A DNA stretch of 64,000 bases from an uncultured Chloroflexia bacterium (lineage in GTDB: Bacteria; Chloroflexota; Anaerolineae; B4-G1; SLSP01): the NCBI GenBank assembly GCA_963751345.1, contig CAVVUS010000023.1, positions 219,595 to 283,594 of the forward strand. Reading direction: 5' to 3'. The position numbers and the translations under genes are program-made. The notes beneath the pieces were generated by a model. That model did not search any database. It was not told where the DNA came from and worked only from the letters and a program-made list of their open reading frames with translations. Every line of letters begins with the position of its first letter. Position 1 is the first letter of the stretch. Shown piece by piece: positions 46,139 to 57,700 of the stretch.

Positions 46139-46291
46139 GGTCCCGGCAAGATCCGTACGCCAGGTACGAGCTCGCTTCATAGCGTGAAACCCATCCGATC
46201 TACCGACGTGCCTCTTGTTTGCGTTCAGTGCACCCGGCCCTATACTTTGTGAGTAAATCACGTCCGTCAGCGTCTGAAGGAGAGTGTGCGA

Positions 46292-46792
46292 ATGTCGGAA
46301 GAGAGGAACGATCAGGGTCGCGACTACGACGAGAAGCACCGGCAGATGGATGAGAAGGAGCTGCAAAAGCGGGACGAGAAAGAGGAGAAGGATGAGAAGT
46401 CCGTCGAGGAGAAGAGCCGCCACGACCCCGTCGGGGCTATGGTCTGGGCGGCGACGCTGATCTGGGCAGGCGTGGTCCTGTTGGCCAAGAACCTGGGCTG
46501 GCTGGACTCGATGATCATCCGCCTTGGAGACCGCGGACTTGACCTACCCATCGAGTTCGCAGACTGGGCGGGCGTGTGGCAGGTTTTCTTCCTGGGTGCG
46601 GGTGTACTGGTGCTCCTGGGTGTTATCGTGCGCCTGCTCGTCCCGGAGTACCGCCGGCCCATCTTGGGCAGCCTCATCTGGGCAATCGTGCTCTTCGGGA
46701 TCGCCCTGGCGCGATGGGAGCTGATCTGGCCGCTGATCCTCATCGCCGTGGGGCTCTCGATCCTTTTCAGGGGGATGTGGCGCCGCAGGTAG
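46292..46792 (+). CDS. Membrane protein with a charged N-terminus (LiaF/DUF5668-like TM region)
   Basis: EKEEK run, four TM segments, IWPLILIAVGLSIL. Confidence 0.65.
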   Translation: MSEERNDQGRDYDEKHRQMDEKELQKRDEKEEKDEKSVEEKSRHDPVGAMVWAATLIWAGVVLLAKNLGWLDSMIIRLGDRGLDLPIEFADWAGVWQVFFLGAGVLVLLGVIVRLLVPEYRRPILGSLIWAIVLFGIALARWELIWPLILIAVGLSILFRGMWRRR

Positions 46793-46810
46793 CGCCGATC
46801 CGGCGTCGCT

Positions 46811-47957
46811 CTACAGTTGCCCCAGGTTGAGGGACATCGCTTCCTGCCAGGCGTAGCGCAGTGGGGTCCACCAGCGCTTCCGGCCGATGCAGCGGAAGTA
46901 GGGTGGCTTGAACGCCAGAATCAGGTCGCCGATCTCGTAGCGGGGCAGCACGGGGGTTGAGACCACCAGGCTGCCCATCTCGCCTCGGCGCATCTCGTGA
47001 AGCATCTTGACGCCGGACGGCGTCTTTACCTCGAAGAAGAAGAGGTCGTAGTTGGGCACCCAAGCCCGACTCTCATCGCGCTGCTGCCCAAACATGCCCT
47101 CGGTGGCACCGTAGATCTCGCGGATTGCGGCCGCGCCGTAGAGCGCCTGCAGTGAGGGGCGGTAGTTCGTGTTGATCCCGGGCTGGCTGCCCAGCGTCAT
47201 CACCTGGACCTGCCAGAGGTCTTTGGGATAGACGCCGTGCACTTTGCGAATGTAGCGGCCGAACGTCAACGCGGTCGAGCAGACACCGCCGACCAACGTG
47301 ACCTTCTGCTCCTTGCACTGCTCGTAGGCAAGATCGAAGCGCTTGTGCCAGTCGCTCATCGTTTTCCCGCCACCCAGTGCGTCGATGTCCTCCTGGGTGG
47401 GCACGGAGCGCACCGGCGTGCGCGTTGACACGTGCTTCGTGTAAATACCCGAGCTATAGCCGTATTCGAGGTCGCGCTCGCCCACCGTCACCTTCCCCAC
47501 GACGGAGGGGAAGTTCAGGTTCAGGTTGACGCCCTGGAAAACGTCGAAGCGTTGGGTGGCGGCGACGTACTGCATCACCGCACGCCCTGCGCTGACGCGC
47601 ATTTTGAGGTCGGTCGGTGTCATCGGGATGAACTTGGATTCCCCTTTGGTGGTTCCGCGCGTAATCGCCCACCCGAGAGGGGGTTCCCACAGGAGCGCCT
47701 CGATATCGCCCTGCATGACACGATCGATGGTCGGCTTCATTTGCTCGTACGTCTGCACCGGGAAGGCGCGGCGGTAATCCGCGATCGTGTCGATCGCAGC
47801 GGCTCCGTAGTTCTGCACCGTAGCGGGTCTTGGCGTAGTCCGTGAGAAGGGAGTGGAGTATTGCCTCCTGGGCGACGGTCGGATTGGCGATGGCGTTGTG
47901 CCAGGGTCCGAGTTGCTGTTGAAGCATATGGGCGGCGGTGCTTGGATCGATCTGCAT
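46811..47957 (-). CDS. GH3-family acyl-adenylating enzyme
   Basis: TRGTTKGESKFIP, YGATEG, LPRYEIGD (GH3 motifs I-III). Confidence 0.8.
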
Positions 47958-48151
47958 GGGGGTCCTTCTCGTGTTGTGCACTGGTGTAGTGTCACGTAGT
48001 GTAGACCCGACTGCGCTGCCGCGCCAATGGCGTCGGAGAAGGAGGGGGTATTTCGGCCTGGGGTGAGTCTGCGGTCGCGAAAATGGGTTCTTCCGTGAAT
48101 GGTGGCGAGCGCTCCCCCACACCGCACGTAGGCGTGGGCACTGCTGCGGAA

Positions 48152-48260
48152 ATGCGACGCGCACCCGCTCGCGGAGGGTGTGCGTCGCATGGTCGGCGCG
48201 AGACGCCATGGATACGCCGTGGCCGCAAGCCACAGATCCTTCAGCTTCGTTCAGGATGAC
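48152..48260. repeat. Intergenic hairpins and REP-like elements
   Basis: ATGCGACGCGCACCC...GGGTGTGCGTCGCAT; AGATCCTTCAGCTTCGTTCAGGATGAC (related copy near 59227). Confidence 0.5.
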
Positions 48261-48282
48261 AGAACGCCCGAGAACCTCAACG

Positions 48283-49534
48283 CTAATGGTCGCCACCCCC
48301 ACTGTGTTCGGGAGCCGGACTCTCGCCACCCTCACCGCTCCCGCCGCCGCCCTCCTCGGCGCCACGGTCGCTGCCACCGTCGTGGTTCTCCTCGGTGCTG
48401 CCGCCGCTATCCGGAGCGGGGTCGCCGCCTTCGTGGTGGTCCTCGTCCGCCGCCGGATTCTGCGTCGCTCGGACCGTTGGTTGCGCCGTCGCCGTCCTCG
48501 TGGTCGTCTGATTCGCCGCCGCATCGCCGGGGCCGTTGGCTGAGCCGCCGTCCTCGTGGTGGTCGCCCTCCTCAGGCTGGGCGTCCCCTGGACCGTTCGC
48601 GCCGTCATCGTTCGGCCCGCCGGGGGTCTGGCCCGGCGCGTCGTCATTGACCGATCTCGGGCGTGGCGGCGCCACGATCGGCTTCCGGCGTTTCGTGGAC
48701 GACGCTGTCCACAGGTTCGGTGCCGTCGTTCTCACCGGGGCCATGCTGCTCGCCTGCGCCGGGGGTCGCCTGCTGCTGATCGCCCGGTCCCATGTCGTCG
48801 TGGATGTCCTCGTGCGGGCCGAGCTGCGCCTGGGTTTCCTCCATCGTCCTGATCATCGCCATGATCGCCTGATCGTTGCCGTCCTCACCTTCGCCCCGCA
48901 CCTCCACAGCAACCTGGGCCATCGTCTGCATCTGCTGCCGCAAGGTCTCCGAGATATGTGTCTGTGTCTGAAGGCGTTGTGGCTCGCCAAGCGACCCGCT
49001 GGCCTGCAGCGCCAGGCTGAGTCGCTGCTGGAAGTGTGCGGCAAGGTCGTCGGGCACGGTTCTACCCTCGCCGGCGAGGCGGGCAGCCTCCTCAACGCGC
49101 TGCCCGGATTGGACGAGTGCCCTCTCGGACACAGTCTCAGGCGTGTGGGCCTGCGAGAGCTCCCACTGCTCCAACTGCAGCTTCAGGCCATAGAGGGCAG
49201 AGCCCGGCAGGCTGTCGCGCGCTGCGGCGACCGTGCCGACCGAACCGCCCAGGACCAGCACCAACACGGCCAGTGCCTTGAGCGCGACGGCGCCAAACCC
49301 GGTTCTCCGGAGGTCGAAGAGCGTGCCCACCGTGCCCCTCCATCCTCCCGGACGTCCCGCTCTGCTTGTTGCCGCGGTTTGACGCACGGCTGCGGTCGCC
49401 TGTGCCTCGGCTATGAATGCCTGCCGGCCCTGCTCCCATTTCGCAGGATCGACATCCGGCACCGGCTTCAACGCCTCAAGAGCTTCGCGAACGGTATGGG
49501 GGAGCTCATCCAACTCCCGCCTCCTCTGCCTCAT
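48283..49534 (-). CDS. DUF5667-like single-TM protein with acidic/His tail, candidate anti-sigma factor
   Basis: AARDSLPGSALYGLKL motif after a TM segment; overlaps the ECF gene end; indels in the tail. Confidence 0.65.
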
Positions 49535-50102
49535 GGTTCTCCTCCAGGATCTTCTGCAAACTGCTAATGGCTCGGTGCTGCAGGGCCTTGATACTTCCTA
49601 CCGTTCGATTCAGTACGTCCGCGACCTCCTGCAGGCTGAGTTCCTCCAGATAGCGGAGGGCCACCACCTGTTGCTGCAAAGGCGTGAGCATACGGAGCGC
49701 TGCCCGCGCCCGATCGGCGCGGTGCCCGCGAGATACGTGTTGCTCCTGAGTCGGCGGGACCGCGGGATCGACAGACTCCAACGACGCATGCGGGTCATCC
49801 GGCTGGCTCCGGTAGTGGTCGACGATAAGGTTATGCGCCACGCGATAGAGCCACCCGGAGAGATGCTCGCATGGTCCGGCGTCCCGTTTCAGGGCCTCGA
49901 GGAACCTTCGAAACGTCTCCGCCGTGAGATCCTGGGCGGTGTCTACATTCCCGGTCTTGCGATAGACGTAGCGGTAGATCGATGGCGCATAGGTGTCGTA
50001 GATCTCGGTCAGTGCTGCTTCATCCCAGCACTGTGCTCGCTGCAAGAGCTGCAAGCCATTGTCCAATTCCCGCTCCTGTACATGATGACGCGATGGCGTC
50101 AA
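49506..50102 (-). CDS. ECF RNA polymerase sigma factor
   Basis: AQDLTAETF, GWLYRVAHN..VDHYR, region 4 LSLQEVADVL..TVGSIKALQHRA. Confidence 0.92.
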   Translation of the reverse strand: MTPSRHHVQERELDNGLQLLQRAQCWDEAALTEIYDTYAPSIYRYVYRKTGNVDTAQDLTAETFRRFLEALKRDAGPCEHLSGWLYRVAHNLIVDHYRSQPDDPHASLESVDPAVPPTQEQHVSRGHRADRARAALRMLTPLQQQVVALRYLEELSLQEVADVLNRTVGSIKALQHRAISSLQKILEENHEAEEAGVG

Positions 50103-50346
50103 GGAAGATACGCACGTTTCCCAAACTTTCGCAGGGCCGGGAACGCATTCCGCTACGAGATGGTGCCGCGTGCACAGGGGCCGGCTCGTTCAGGTGCCTG
50201 TGCACGCGAGAAAGTGTCGTATCGAGATCCCTGCCTAACCTTGCGAAGGTTGTCGCTCTCGGATGCGTTGCTGCCCGCGCATGGTACAATACAATCGTCG
50301 TGCGGAAAGAGGTGAGTTTGCAGAGTCGTCGCTCAAGGAGGTCTCA

Positions 50347-51053
50347 TTGGCCCCAGCGTGATCTCATCGGCTTGGTGCTCTCGTACGTGTACGCTTTTGG
50401 GCTACTCATCGGTGTCGAGGCCATCGGCAAACGGCTGAGGTGGCCCCACTACCTCACGCGGAAGCTCGTCCACATTGGTGCGGGGATGTGGATCTGGGGT
50501 ATCCTCCTCATTTTCGATAGCTTGGAAGATCGGCATCATCCCCTTTGCCACTTTTATCGCTTTGAACTACGTTTTCTACCGGTTTCAGTCGTTCAAGGCG
50601 ATGGATTCGGAGGAGTCGTCCCTCGGCACCGTCTACTTCGCGATTTCGATCACGGTTCTCTTTGCCTTACTCTGGCGCAACATAGGGCCTGTCGATCGGG
50701 TGCCGATCGCTGCCGCCGCGATCATGGCGATGACGTGGGGCGACGGAATGGCCAGCATCGTGGGCCAGAGCATCGGTAGACGCCACTACACTGTCTTTGG
50801 CCACCAGCGCTCGTGGGAGGGTACGGCGGCGATGGCGATCACCACCGCGCTGGCCGTCCTCGTCACGCTGCTCGTGCTGTCCGGTTCGAAGGTGAGCCCT
50901 TTCAGCGTGCCGCTGTCATTCGGGCTCGCCCTCGTGATGACGCTCGTCGCCACGGTTGTGGCAACGGTCGCTGAGGGGCTTTCGCCGGCCGGGACCGATA
51001 ACCTTACGGTGCCGCTGGCCACTGCAGCCGTACTCGGTCTCTTCGTGCTGTGA
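50347..51053 (+). CDS. Phytol/dolichol kinase-like membrane protein (CTP_transf_1 family), one indel
   Basis: RKLVHIG, WGDGMASIVG, RSWEGT, DNLTVP. Confidence 0.8.
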
Positions 51054-51071
51054 GAGGGCTCGGTTGGTGAG

Positions 51072-51946
51072 ATGGAGCGTGGTGACGCGCACCGCGCTGG
51101 GTCTGTTGCTGAGTGGCCTGGTCGCCGTTGCAGCGTACCGACGTGCGGCCCTCTCGAGCGGCGGCGCGGCCGGCGCGGCCGTCATGGGCGACGCTGATCT
51201 TCGCCGCGGGTGGCTGGGTATGGGGGGCCCTGCTGATCACGTTCTTCGTTCTTTCCTCGCTTCTGTCTCGGTATCGAGCCCAATTCAAGGCGGGTCTGGC
51301 CGAGAAGTTTGCCAAGGGCTCCCAACGTGACCTTGGCCAGGTCCTGGCCAACGGTGGGATGGGGGCGCTGCTTGCGCTCGCCCACGCCTGGTTGCCGCAC
51401 CCGGTCGTATTGTTCGCTTTCGCAGGTGCGATGGCGACCGTCAACGCCGACACCTGGGCGACGGAGCTGGGCGTACTGGCGCGGCGGTCGCCGCGTCTGA
51501 TCACCACCGGTCGCCCGGTCGAGCCCGGCACCTCCGGCGGGATTTCGTTGCCCGGCACGCTGGCTACATTGGCCGGGGGACTGCGATTGGGCTTTCCGGC
51601 GTGGGTTATGCGGCACTGGATGGCGTGGCAGGAGGGCCAGGTTTCACCGCTCTTGGCGGAGGGTATGGTCCCTGGCTGCTGGTCGCTGCCGGCGCCGTGG
51701 GCGGCCTGGCGGGCTCCTTGACGGATAGCCTATTGGGGGCTACGGTACAGGCGATCTACTTCTCGGATCGTCGACAGTAAGGAGACCGAGAGGATGGTGG
51801 ACCCGGACGGGACGCCGAACCGCCGGCTCCGCGGGCGTGCGTGGCTGAACAACGATTGGGTGAACTTTCTGAGTTCGATCGTCGGCGCGGGGGTCGCGGC
51901 GCTGATCGGCGGGGTCATGCAGCGAGTCGGATCCGAACTGTCGTAG
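51072..51946 (+). CDS. DUF92/TMEM19 (VTE6-like) membrane protein, indels
   Basis: RDLGQVLANGG, NADTWATELG, GTSGGIS, DSLLGAT, NDWVNF. Confidence 0.82.
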
Positions 51947-52101
51947 AGACGCTCGGGTGCCCGCGGTCCGAGGCGCATTGTCTTTGGACGCGGAGAGCCT
52001 GTGGACTGCGGAATTCTGCGTCCGAAGACGGGCCACCGGCCCGTCTCTACGACAACGGCTAAGGTCTACGCACAAGCGAATCGTCAATAAGGAGCACACA
52101 C

Positions 52102-53433
52102 ATGCCAAAGGTCACGATCATCGGCGCGGGCGGTTACGTCTTTCCCCTTACCCTGATCCGGGACGTGCTGTCGTTCCCGGCCCTCGAGAATGCCGACTTC
52201 AGCTTGATGGACATCGCCCCGGCGAACCTGGAGCGCACCTACGGTCACGCCAAGCGGCTTATCGCGGAGCACGGGCTGCCGGCCACGGTCTCGGCGACGA
52301 CCGACCGCCGCCAGGCGCTGGAAGGTGCCGATTTCGTCGTGGTCACGTTCCAGGTGGGCGGGCTCGAGGCTTACGAGCCCGACGTGGAGATTCCGCGCAG
52401 GTATGGCCTTGACCAGACGGTCGGCGACACGCTTGGCCCCGGGGGCGTCTTCCGCGGGCTGCGCTCCACGGCGGCGCTCGATCCTATCATCGACGATATG
52501 CACGAAGTCTGCCCCGACGCCCTCATGATCCAATACGCGAACCCGATGGGCATCAACTGCTGGTATACGTCCGAGGCCGGGATCAAGACCGTGGGGCTCT
52601 GCCACTCGGTGCAGGGCACGTCGCAGATGCTGGCCGAGCGGATGGGATTGGAGCCCGGGACGTGGACTTTCAAGTGCGCCGGCATCAACCATCAAGCGTG
52701 GTTCATCGAGTTCAAACACCGGGGCAAGGATGTGCTCCCGCTGCTGCGCCAGACGATGAACGCCTTGGCGGAAGAGGCCCGTGCGGCTCGGGCAACCGGC
52801 AACGCCAGTGACGAGCTCTACGGAGGTGGGGGGGAGCAGGTACGCACCGCCATCATGAACCTGACGGGCTACTTCCAGACCGAGTCGAGCCACCACGCCT
52901 CCGAGTATCTGCCCTATTTCCGGCGGACGCCGGAGGAGGTTAACCGGTGGCTGCCCGAGCGGTGGGACTACTACGAGATCTGCAAGAACCACGACTTCGA
53001 GGGGCTGGAGCAGCGGGCCGCCGAGCTCGCCTCGGAGCCCCTGACGGCAAGCCATGAGTACGGTGCCTACATCATCGATTCGATGACGACCGATACCCCC
53101 AGGGTCGTCTACGGCAACGTCCCCAACACCGGCATCATCACCAACCTGATGCCGGGCTGCAGCGTCGAGGTGCCGTGTCTGGTCGACGCCCAGGGGATCC
53201 AGCCGACCTACGTGGGCGATCTGCCGGCGGCCTGCGCGGGCATCAATGCGGGCAGCGTTGCGGTCCAGGACTGCGCGGTTCAGGCGGCCCAGACCGGCGA
53301 TCGCGACCTCGTCTACGCCGCCGTTGCTCTGGACAAGTACACGAGTGCCGTGCTGGCACTGGACCAGATCCACGCGATGGTCGACGAGATGTTCGAGGCG
53401 GAAGCCGAATGGCTCCCGCAGTTCATGTCATAG
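52102..53433 (+). CDS. melA: GH4 alpha-galactosidase/alpha-glucosidase
   Basis: IIGAGG, QTVGDTLGPGG, YANP, GLCHS, AGINH, ESSHHASEY. Confidence 0.85.
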   Translation: MPKVTIIGAGGYVFPLTLIRDVLSFPALENADFSLMDIAPANLERTYGHAKRLIAEHGLPATVSATTDRRQALEGADFVVVTFQVGGLEAYEPDVEIPRRYGLDQTVGDTLGPGGVFRGLRSTAALDPIIDDMHEVCPDALMIQYANPMGINCWYTSEAGIKTVGLCHSVQGTSQMLAERMGLEPGTWTFKCAGINHQAWFIEFKHRGKDVLPLLRQTMNALAEEARAARATGNASDELYGGGGEQVRTAIMNLTGYFQTESSHHASEYLPYFRRTPEEVNRWLPERWDYYEICKNHDFEGLEQRAAELASEPLTASHEYGAYIIDSMTTDTPRVVYGNVPNTGIITNLMPGCSVEVPCLVDAQGIQPTYVGDLPAACAGINAGSVAVQDCAVQAAQTGDRDLVYAAVALDKYTSAVLALDQIHAMVDEMFEAEAEWLPQFMS

Positions 53434-53448
53434 GAGATAAAGCAGACA

Positions 53449-54687
53449 ATGCAGCTCACGCTAACCAAGATCAGACAACACTTTCCGCGTCCGCGGATCG
53501 AGGACGTTCCCGCAGCCGTCGCCGAGCAGCTTCAGCCGATGCGAGGGCGCATCGGCAAGGGCGACTCTATCGCGCTCACGGTCGGCAGCCGCGGCATCGC
53601 CAACATCGCGGCGATCGCCAAGACGACCGTCGAGGTCCTGCAGGGGTGGGGGGCCGTGCCCTTCATCATCCCGGCGATGGGCAGCCACGGCGGCGGCACC
53701 GCCGAAGGGCAGGCCGAGGTGCTGGCGTCCTACGGTATCACGAACCAGACCATGGGCTGCCCCATTCGCAGCTCGCTGGAGACCGTCGAGCTCACGCCGC
53801 CCAATTCGCCGAACCGGGTCTTCATGGACCGATTTGCCTACGAGTCAGATGGCGTGATTCTGCTCAACCGTGTGAAGCTCCACACGGACTTCCACGGCAG
53901 GTACGAGAGCGGGCTGGTGAAGATGTCGGTGATCGGGCTGGGGAAACATCGCCAGGCGCTGGAGATTCACAGTTGGGGCGTCTACGGCCTGCGCAATCTC
54001 ATCCCCTCGACCGCGGAACAGATCCTGGCGACGGGGAAGATCCGATTCGGACTCGCGTTGGTGGAGAATGCCTACGACGAAACAATGGTCGTGAGGGCGC
54101 TGCCCGCGGAGACGATCATGGATGAGGAACCGCGGCTGCTAGACATCTCGCGGGCCAATATGCCAAGCCTTCCTGTGGACGACATTGACGTGCTGATGAT
54201 CGACCGGATGGGCAAGGATATCAGCGGTGCAGGTCTTGACCCCAACATTATCGGGCGTAACATGATCCGTGGCGAGGCGGAGCCTGAGCGTCCGCGCATC
54301 AAGGCAATCACCATCCACGATCTCACCGACGCCTCCCACGGCAATGCGGTCGGCATGGGTCTGGCCGACGTGATCTCTCGCCGGCTCTTCGACAAGATCG
54401 ACTTGCAGGCGACGAATGAGAACACGGTGACCAGCTCTTTCTTGCTGCGAGGGAAGATCCCGGTGGTGGCGCCGGATGACGCGACGGCTTACGCCTACGC
54501 GCTGCGGAGTTGCGGGAAGCTCGATCCTGACGGTCTTCGCGTGGTGCGAATCCGCGATACGCTGCACCTGACTGAGGTGTATGTATCTCAGGCTCTGTTG
54601 GACGAGATTCGAAGTGGTGGCGACGCGGACGTTCTGGAGCAGACCGGTGCAGTCTTCGACGCGGCGGGGGGGCTGTGTCCTTTCTAG
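53449..54687 (+). CDS. Lactate racemase-domain (DUF2088/DUF362-like) protein
   Basis: VGSRGI, PAMGSHGG, NRVKLHTDF, GKDISGAG, GNAVGMG. Confidence 0.75.
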   Translation: MQLTLTKIRQHFPRPRIEDVPAAVAEQLQPMRGRIGKGDSIALTVGSRGIANIAAIAKTTVEVLQGWGAVPFIIPAMGSHGGGTAEGQAEVLASYGITNQTMGCPIRSSLETVELTPPNSPNRVFMDRFAYESDGVILLNRVKLHTDFHGRYESGLVKMSVIGLGKHRQALEIHSWGVYGLRNLIPSTAEQILATGKIRFGLALVENAYDETMVVRALPAETIMDEEPRLLDISRANMPSLPVDDIDVLMIDRMGKDISGAGLDPNIIGRNMIRGEAEPERPRIKAITIHDLTDASHGNAVGMGLADVISRRLFDKIDLQATNENTVTSSFLLRGKIPVVAPDDATAYAYALRSCGKLDPDGLRVVRIRDTLHLTEVYVSQALLDEIRSGGDADVLEQTGAVFDAAGGLCPF

Positions 54688-54755
54688 ACTGTTCCAGTTG
54701 AATGGCGAGGTGGTGCGGCAGCCTGCGGGAGCCCACCGAACGAACGGAGGATGTG

Positions 54756-57700
54756 GTGCCAACAGGAAAAGCAGCTCACCCGGGCCCAACCGGGACAACC
54801 GAACCCGCTGAGATCGACAGCGAGGATCGGAGTCCCGGTTCAGCCGCGCAGAGTGTCTCATCCGTGGTACGTCCTACCGACGACACTGAGGCCGGCATTG
54901 ACGAGGCGTCACGGGTCCTGCCTGTGACTACGCCATCCGCCTCCGGGTCGCCCGAGGATGCGCTCGACCCAGACGAAGCGCCACCGTCCGAGGGACCGGC
55001 TTTTCCAGTCGTGGGCATTGGAGCCTCGAGCGGTGGGGTCGAGGCGCTGGAGCTCTTCTTCGGTGCTGTGCCGCCGAATAGCGGGATAGCCTTTATTGTC
55101 GTCCAACACCTCGACCCCACCCACGAGAGCATTCTGGCGGAGATCGTGGCTCGGCACGCCCCGATGCCGGTCCTGCAGGTGGAGGATGGCGTTGTCGTCG
55201 AGCCGAACCACGTCTACGTCATCCCGCCCAACCGCGATATGCGAGCTGGAAGCCGGACGGCTTCGGCTAACCGAGCCTGTACAGCGGCGCGGTCTCCGGC
55301 TGCCCATCGACTCACTTTTTCCGCTCTTTGGCCCGCGACGCTGCCGAGCGGGCGATCTGTCTGATCCTCTCCGGCAGCGGCACAGATGGCACCCTCGGCC
55401 TCCAGGAAGTCAAGGGCCAGGGCGGAATGGTGATGGTGCAGGATCCCTATACCGCGAAGACTGCGGGTATGCCTCAGAGCGCGATTGCGACGGGAATGGC
55501 GGATTTCGTCCTTCCGCCGGAGCAGATGCCCCAGCAGATCCTCGCCTACGTCAGCCATGTGGGTGGGACTGCCGGCGAACCGGTGGCAGCCAGCCCGCCG
55601 CACGGCGGTGGAATCGATCAAGCGTATCCTCTACCTGATCCACCAGCGGATGGGGCACGATTTTTCCCAATACAAACCGGAGACCGTGCGCCGGCGCGTG
55701 GAGCGCCGTATGGCCGTCAATCAGATCGCGAGCGTTGATGACTATCTGAGGTTCCTGCAGCAGGACGGGGCGGAGACTGAGATCCTCTTTCGCGAGTTAC
55801 TGATCGGTGTCACCAGTTTCTTCAGGGACCCCGAAGCTTTCGATCTGCTCCGGTACGACGTCCTTCCGGCGATTCTGGTGATGCTGCCGCCGGGCGACCC
55901 GATTCGCGCGTGGGTACCGGGCTGTGCCACGGGGGAGGAGGCCTATTCGATTGCCATTCTCGTTCAGGAGGCGCTCGAGGAGGCCGGGATCTATCGTGAA
56001 GTGCAGATCTTCGCCACCGACGTCGACTCGCTGGCGATCGACAAGGCCCGAAGCCGGGGTCTACTCGGACAATATCGCCGCGGACGTGACGCCGGAACGG
56101 CTGCATCGCTATTTCACGCGCGAGGGGAACACGTACCACGTCGCCTCGCGCGTGCGTGACACGGTCGTCTTTGCGGTCCAGAGCGTCACCAAGGACCCGC
56201 CCTTCTCCAAGCTTGACCTGATAAGCTGCCGTAACCTGCTGATCTATCTGGGCCCGGAGCTCCAGCGTCGCGTCATCTCGCTGTTCCACTATGCGCTGAA
56301 GCCCGACGGCTATCTGCTATTGGGCGCCTCGGAGACCCTCGGCGAGCTCTCGAATGCTTTTGACGAGGTCAGCCGTAGATGGAAGCTCTTCCGACGTCCG
56401 CAGGGCACGACCCTCGCCGGCAGCATGGCACAGGACATGATGGCGTCCGTGGCCCGCGTCCGGTCCGGCGCCCGTGTTGCCGAATCGGGGAGCACCACGT
56501 CGCTACGGGATGCCGCGGAGCGGCTGCTGCTGCGCAACTACGCGCCGGCCTCTGCCGTCGTGAGTGCGCATGGTGAGATTCTCTATATCCATGGCCGGAC
56601 GGGTAAGTACCTCGAACCGGCGGCGGGCGAACCCACTACAACGTCCTCCAGATGGCGCGGAAGGGGTTGCGCCTGCCCCTCTCCTCCGCACTTCGCATGG
56701 CCGTAGCTGAGAACCAGCCGGTGACCCAGGAAAACGTGGTTGTCTACACGAATGGCGACTGGGATAAAGAAAAGAAAGTGGTGGTGGGAGGAATGGTGAC
56801 ACGGAAACGATCCGGCTGACAGTGGAGCCGATGAACGGGGTGGCCGTCAAGGGTGTGCTTCTGGTCACGTTCGAGCCCATGCCGCCAACTCGATCGGACC
56901 ACGGCGAGGGGGCCGCGAGCTCGCCGCAGACGGGCACCACGGCGGCCGATGGGCGTGATCAGCGTATTGCAGAGCTGGAGCAAGAGCTCCAGACCACCCG
57001 ACACCAACTGCAGACGATGGTCGAGGAGATCGAGGCGTCCAACGAGGAGCTGACATCGACCAACGAGGAGCTCCAGTCGGCCAACGAGGAGCTGCAGAGC
57101 ACCAATGAGGAGTTGGGGACGTCCAAGGAGGAACTGCAGTCGGTTAACGAGGAGTTGGTCACCGTGAACAACGAGCTGCAGGTGAAGATACAGCAGCTCA
57201 CGCAGGCCACGGCGGATATCGTTAGCTTGCTCAACAGTATGTCGATCGCCGTCATTTTCCTGGACCGGAATCTCAACATCGGGCGCTTCAACCCGCCGGC
57301 CCGCTCCATCATCAACCTCATCGAGAGCGACGTGGGGCGCCCGCTGGGCGACCTGGTCTCGCAGCTTACCTATGCGGACCTCGTCAGGGATTGCCAGAGG
57401 GTCCTCGAGACGCTGCAGCACGAAGAGAGGCAGGTTCAAGATCAGGAGGGTAGGTTCTACTGGATGCGCATTCAGCCGTCACGCTCGGCCTCGCATACTG
57501 TCGAGGGTGTGATCCTGACGTTCTCGGACATCTCCGAGCAGAAGCGGCTTCAGGCAGAGCTCGAGATGCATCGGAATCGCCTCCAGGAGGCGGTGGACGA
57601 GCGCACGCGCGAATTGCAGCGGACCCTGGCCTCGCTTGCAGGAGAATGAGGAGAAGTACCGGGCCCTGGTCGAGAACACACCGGATCTGATCGCGCGCTT

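Noticed and set aside
57020-57180. 21-bp DNA tandem repeat
   Set aside because: It encodes the standard NEELQS coiled coil of CheB-CheR fusions
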